Of a stretch of DNA of 64,000 bases, positions 59,557 through 64,000 are shown piece by piece. The notes beneath the pieces are model-generated. The model saw nothing but the letters and a program-made list of their open reading frames with translations. It had not been told where the DNA came from and did not search any database. Positions within the stretch are counted from its first letter, which is position 1, and each line of letters starts with the position of its first letter. The DNA is from Schizochytrium sp. TIO01 (taxonomy: Eukaryota > Protista > Bigyra: Labyrinthulomycetes). The stretch covers positions 2,728,001 through 2,792,000 of the forward strand of contig SMSO01000035.1 of NCBI GenBank assembly GCA_004764695.1, read 5' to 3'. A program made the position numbers and the translations under genes.

Positions 59557-60714
59557 ATGTCATTGGGGGTGACACTGGGCAGTACGATGGCTACCTGCAA
59601 AGTGATTGACCCGCGAGCTCCCAATAATGACGTAGACAACTGCTTGACGAAAGGTAAGAAGCTCTCTGATGAGCAGCTTAAGAAGAATGACATAGCTGAT
59701 ATCCCTATTCTAGACCCGCACCACCATTTCTTTCCGGGTCACACTGTTCGGCATCAAATTCACTACCAGACATTTGGACGCCGCCTTCCAACCATCAAGC
59801 CTTACGAAGACAAAGCACTAAACAAGGATATTGGTCGCCTTAATGTTAAGGGGACTGTCTTCATTGAATGTGGCTCGTACTACGACGAGAATGCACCTGA
59901 GCACCTCAAGTATGTCGGAGAATCTCGAAAAATGGAGGAACTTGCTAAAACTTGTCCCGTCATTGGTAATCAGGTTCGTGTACCAGACCTCGGCATGGAG
60001 GTCAAACTTCTTAAGGAGCTTCTTGATGCCCATGCCGAAGTAAGCCCGCATTTAACTGGTGTTCGTGTTCCAGTAACTTACATTGAACCCAAACGCCGTA
60101 GCACATACGTGAATGCAAAGGACCATGCAAACCCACACGATCACCTTCGCTCCCCCGAGTTTATTCGCGGTGCCAAGATTCTTGCCAAGCGTGGTCTTGT
60201 GCTCGATATTTACCTTTGGTTTCACCAGCTCGAATTTGCTGTCGAGCTTGCTCGTGCTGTACCTGATCTTGCCATCGTCATCGACCACGTTGGTGGCCTC
60301 ATTGGCGACCAAGAGTATGCTGCACCTGATGTGCAGAAGGAGCAAAAGGAAGTCTGGACTCAGGGTATTAACGCACTTGCTGAACTCCCGAATGTCTGTA
60401 TCAAGCTTGGAGGTATTCTGATGGCGTACTGTGGATTTGGTTTTGATGAACGCGACGGGCCTCCTACTATTGACGAGCTTGCTGATGCTCAGTATCCTTG
60501 GATGTCATATTGCATCAAGAAATTTGGACCTGAGCGTTGTATGTTTGAGTCTAACTTCCCGATGGACAAGGTATCTTGTGATTATGAAAGCCTCTTTGCT
60601 TCCTATATGATTATTGCAAAGCGCATGAATATTTCAACTGGTGCAATAAAAAAGATGTTCTATGACAATGCCATCAATACTTACAAACTTCAAGTTGACG
60701 CCAACACACTTTAA
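59557..60714 (+). CDS. Amidohydrolase_2 family metal-dependent hydrolase (sugar-lactonase/LigI-like, bacterial-type)
   Basis: DPHHHF, TVFIEC, GLVLDIY..FHQL, VIDHVGG, PNVCIKLGG, FGPERCMFESNFPMDK. First ATG is at 59557 (alternative at 59587); the track's start at 59554 is a TTG. Confidence 0.88.
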   Translation: MSLGVTLGSTMATCKVIDPRAPNNDVDNCLTKGKKLSDEQLKKNDIADIPILDPHHHFFPGHTVRHQIHYQTFGRRLPTIKPYEDKALNKDIGRLNVKGTVFIECGSYYDENAPEHLKYVGESRKMEELAKTCPVIGNQVRVPDLGMEVKLLKELLDAHAEVSPHLTGVRVPVTYIEPKRRSTYVNAKDHANPHDHLRSPEFIRGAKILAKRGLVLDIYLWFHQLEFAVELARAVPDLAIVIDHVGGLIGDQEYAAPDVQKEQKEVWTQGINALAELPNVCIKLGGILMAYCGFGFDERDGPPTIDELADAQYPWMSYCIKKFGPERCMFESNFPMDKVSCDYESLFASYMIIAKRMNISTGAIKKMFYDNAINTYKLQVDANTL

Positions 60715-61315
60715 TTTATAAAATCGTATCCATCACCATTTTGAACACCTCCTGAGTTTTGTCAACTTGAAGACCAAAAGTTGCTGTGGCGCTACATTCT
60801 TCATCTTACTTAAGTTTGTATCCCATACGGCGAGAGGATTTCAGAAGGTGCCAAATTACAATTTGAAATTTTTGGAGGTTGGAGCGTATTGTTTTGTTTT
60901 TGCTTCTCAAAAAATTGCACAAAGAGCTGTGTGTATGCAAAGGCTCAAGTGACCATGCAAATCTCTGGATCGAAACTATCATACTTGATGAATTGCCCGA
61001 GTCTGTAATTCAATACGCACGAGCAATCTTTTCTCTCAGGGTTCTTCTTGTAGACGTTTCATTTTCGGTTGATCATTCAGTTATGTGAAACGAACAATTT
61101 CCTTTAATCAAAGTGATAACCTAACGATGGTGAAAAGGAAAAAAGGAGAGCTTAAAACGACATCGAGAACGGCAAAGCAACCACTATTGACCCCAGCCCA
61201 GAATACACCAAAGAGGTATCTTGTTGCGGCTAGGAAACACGGATTTCATCAATTGTATAAAACACGACACCAAAACACACAAGTATCCTAGCACTGGGAG
61301 CTGGGTGAAGGAGGA

Positions 61316-64000
61316 ATGCGTCGTTCACAGGCACCGTCCAGTTCACGACAGAAGGGCTTTCAGGCGCCAAAGCAGCAGGGCACTTTAACAAAGTACTTTC
61401 GATTCAAGGCTGCTGGGAGTGAGGAGGCAGTAAAGCCACAATTGGACAATGATAGAGTCTGTGTCACGAAAGGCTTCACTACAGAACCTGCCTCTGGCTT
61501 GAAAAACGATTTTGTAGCCAAAACAACAAAACCCAGTCATGAAGGATCAATGGAAGAACTAGAACTCCCAGACTCATCAGAACAAAGAAGTGGGGCCGAG
61601 AAGGATCATGCCACAATGTGTGGGGCTGCGGGAGATGAAATCAACAAAACAACTCTGGGAAAGACGTCGAGAGAATCAACAAAGTACATAAAATCGACGG
61701 TAACCTCTAATTCCTCGAAGCAGATTATGCAGACACCAATGCCAAAGGAGGGAAATGCTGGAAGCTTAATAGGAAGTAAACGAATGCGTGCGCACCCATC
61801 TTTCACAACGCCAGTGCAAAGCAGGACAATCACATTGGACGGAATCAGTTTGATGGAAAGCACGACTACCAAAAATGTACGGCTGCACTCGGATTTCTCG
61901 AGCCAAACAAAGCTCAATGACAAGCTTCTTATCCCACGAGCATTTCGTAAACAAGCCAAAACATTTGCAACACCGTGCCCCACACGGTTTGTATTGCCTT
62001 GCAAACTCACAGGAAGACGTTTCCATCCTAACCCTGTCTTCGATGATTGCAAAAACAGCACAGAAAACTTAGGTCGGGAGCTGTCAAACCGTGAGGAAGC
62101 TCGTGTAACCTGGGAACGAGAACCTGAAAACCAATACGATCGTCAAGCAATTCTTGTCCGCAACTCTCTAGGACAGGATGTTGGGTACCTGGAACGTGTC
62201 GATAGCTCTCCATTATCGACTCTCATTGACGTTGGAGAAGTTATTATCGAGCATGTGGTAGTTCTTCGACCAGATAATCTTGAGAGCAAAGTATATCCTA
62301 TGCTAGCTGTTCTTCGATTCCGCACGCCCCGTGCAACGAATCTTGCTGCAGAGGTACTGGGTAAGCCAATAAAAGCTGGTTCGAACGGTGTGAAGAGGAT
62401 CAAGAGTCTAAAGGTTGGTAAGACTAATGAAAGCACTGTTTTGGCCAAGGCTGTCAAGGAATCACGTCCAAGTGGTATCAAGATGATGGGGTTCTCGTCA
62501 GCTCGGAACTTAGCACAGGCTAACATTCGGGAACAATTTCTCGCGCCACGATGCGAAGAGGCTGTCAGGAAACTTGCGGAGGCTATTTGCGCTCGGCCAC
62601 CAAAGAAATATTTCAAAGATCTAGTGAACAAGCAACCCGCATCGCAAATGCGACAAAAACAACAGCTTGGTCAAATGACTTTATTTGGTCCAAGTGTCAT
62701 ATCAGCTGAACCTGCTCGAGTTCTAGCTGACGGACGCTCGTGGTTAGCCATGGCTCCGGATAACATTTTGTTTTGTCTCTTTGACAGCGCGGTATTCGAT
62801 TTTGTGGACGTTTGGGCACGTTTACGATGCGTGTGCCGGAGCTGGCGGGATGTAATTGAAGCACCCTCTTTTATGCAATTTCGCAAAGAATACTGGAGAA
62901 TGATCAAAATTCACCGCAGCGATCCATTCAGGCTGCCTCCCCTTGCTTTGCACATAAGGTCATCCAAGGTACCACAGTTACTTCTTATTGAGGACTTGTC
63001 TGCGTTTGCTTGTGCTATTCAGGAACACTGTTCATGGCTGACCCTGGACCGAGCTTTGACGTTAGCTGAAACTTCTACAGCGAGTGAGCCAAGCGCAGAA
63101 GATGGTTGGAGTCGATTCATTGATGAAAGAAGGGGCAGTCCAGCACAGCGAGGCGAACTTGTGCTGTGGCCCATACTTTTGGGTGGTCAGATCATACGTC
63201 GCAATATGCTACAGGCCCTTCTCCCTAGTTCTTGGCGCCAAGGCTACCGAGGACCCCGCACGGAGCTGGTGTATTTAGTCGTGCGGATTCTTCGCACGGC
63301 AGCCTGGGCAGGCTCTTCTGGCAAGTGGGCTTCTGTGTTGAGTGATGTTGAGCATGGGCTATTTTTAAGAGAGCGAGCACCTGGCCTTGTGGTGGCAGCC
63401 CCTGTACAAAGCTTCATTCGAAGCGCAAATCCGTCCAAATCTCGGTGTCCTACTGTTGAACAACTTGCTATAGTGCAAACAAATCTTAAGGCAGGTGATG
63501 TAGTTGTCGTTCGTGCGCTCGCAGGAACCGGGAAAACAACTACCTTGGTCAACTATTCTCGTATGCGACCTCATATGAAATTCTTATATCTAGCTTTTAA
63601 TGTCAGTGTAGGTGAAGAAGCTCGCTCCCTGTTTCCTGAGAATGTAAAATGCACAAATCTTCACAAACTTTCTTACGCGCGTGTGGGAAGAAGATATAAG
63701 ATTGCTGAAGATGTTGATGTACGATCCATTCAACAAATTGATAAAGAGGGCGACCTAACGACGCATAAGATCTTTGTGGTACGAAGGGATACCCGATTAC
63801 GTTTGCCCAAAGAACGTTTGTACAAACTTATAAAAATGACTCTCAAGGATTTTTTGGGCTCAGCAGATACAACAATTGAAGCCATGCATGCACAAAAAAG
63901 TCTCGCATCCGTCGATGACGAAGATTGTGCAGAGTATAAGGATGACTCGCTCACTGAGACTGCCCTTCCCTTGGAGGATTTCCTGGTGAAACTAGCACGG
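61316..64000 (+). CDS. FBH1: F-box DNA helicase (FBH1-like UvrD/SF1) with N-terminal PIP box and HIRAN domain; 3'-truncated by the window edge
   Basis: Manual translation from ATG 61316 stays open into the helicase. QGTLTKYF; KLTGRRFH...WEREPENQYDRQAILVRNSLGQDVGYL; MAPDNILFCLF...LRCVCRSWRDVIEAPSF; PTVEQLAIV..DVVVVRALAGTGKTTTLVNYSRMRPHMKFLYLAFN..FPENVKCTNLHKLSY. Confidence 0.88.
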   Translation, partial: MRRSQAPSSSRQKGFQAPKQQGTLTKYFRFKAAGSEEAVKPQLDNDRVCVTKGFTTEPASGLKNDFVAKTTKPSHEGSMEELELPDSSEQRSGAEKDHATMCGAAGDEINKTTLGKTSRESTKYIKSTVTSNSSKQIMQTPMPKEGNAGSLIGSKRMRAHPSFTTPVQSRTITLDGISLMESTTTKNVRLHSDFSSQTKLNDKLLIPRAFRKQAKTFATPCPTRFVLPCKLTGRRFHPNPVFDDCKNSTENLGRELSNREEARVTWEREPENQYDRQAILVRNSLGQDVGYLERVDSSPLSTLIDVGEVIIEHVVVLRPDNLESKVYPMLAVLRFRTPRATNLAAEVLGKPIKAGSNGVKRIKSLKVGKTNESTVLAKAVKESRPSGIKMMGFSSARNLAQANIREQFLAPRCEEAVRKLAEAICARPPKKYFKDLVNKQPASQMRQKQQLGQMTLFGPSVISAEPARVLADGRSWLAMAPDNILFCLFDSAVFDFVDVWARLRCVCRSWRDVIEAPSFMQFRKEYWRMIKIHRSDPFRLPPLALHIRSSKVPQLLLIEDLSAFACAIQEHCSWLTLDRALTLAETSTASEPSAEDGWSRFIDERRGSPAQRGELVLWPILLGGQIIRRNMLQALLPSSWRQGYRGPRTELVYLVVRILRTAAWAGSSGKWASVLSDVEHGLFLRERAPGLVVAAPVQSFIRSANPSKSRCPTVEQLAIVQTNLKAGDVVVVRALAGTGKTTTLVNYSRMRPHMKFLYLAFNVSVGEEARSLFPENVKCTNLHKLSYARVGRRYKIAEDVDVRSIQQIDKEGDLTTHKIFVVRRDTRLRLPKERLYKLIKMTLKDFLGSADTTIEAMHAQKSLASVDDEDCAEYKDDSLTETALPLEDFLVKLAR

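Overview
Eukaryotic, intron-poor, microsatellite-rich genomic DNA. The gene content and long single-exon CDSs suggest a protist, possibly a thraustochytrid/labyrinthulomycete stramenopile; this is inference and unconfirmed. About 13 protein genes are supported: a PARP6/8-type mono-ADP-ribosyltransferase (tail apparently split by a frameshift), a PP4-like phosphatase, an acidic CRAL-TRIO protein, two tandem membrane-anchored astacin proteases, ARPC5, an alpha-arrestin-like protein, succinyl-CoA ligase alpha, a 2221-aa IQ/SAM/WW/B-box protein, Prp43/DHX15, a methyltransferase nested inside a degenerate SF2-helicase fold, a bacterial-type amidohydrolase, and an FBH1-type F-box UvrD helicase that is missing from the ORF track because it runs off the window end. 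The three most unusual items are: (1) the PIP-HIRAN-F-box-UvrD architecture; (2) the methyltransferase-in-pseudohelicase protein; (3) a duplicated SAM + orphan BCS1-type AAA-lid module in the giant IQ/WW protein. I found no rRNA, tRNA or CRISPR. Positions 1-6.9 kb and 31.7-42.6 kb lack convincing CDSs. All family calls are motif recognition by eye, without database searches.
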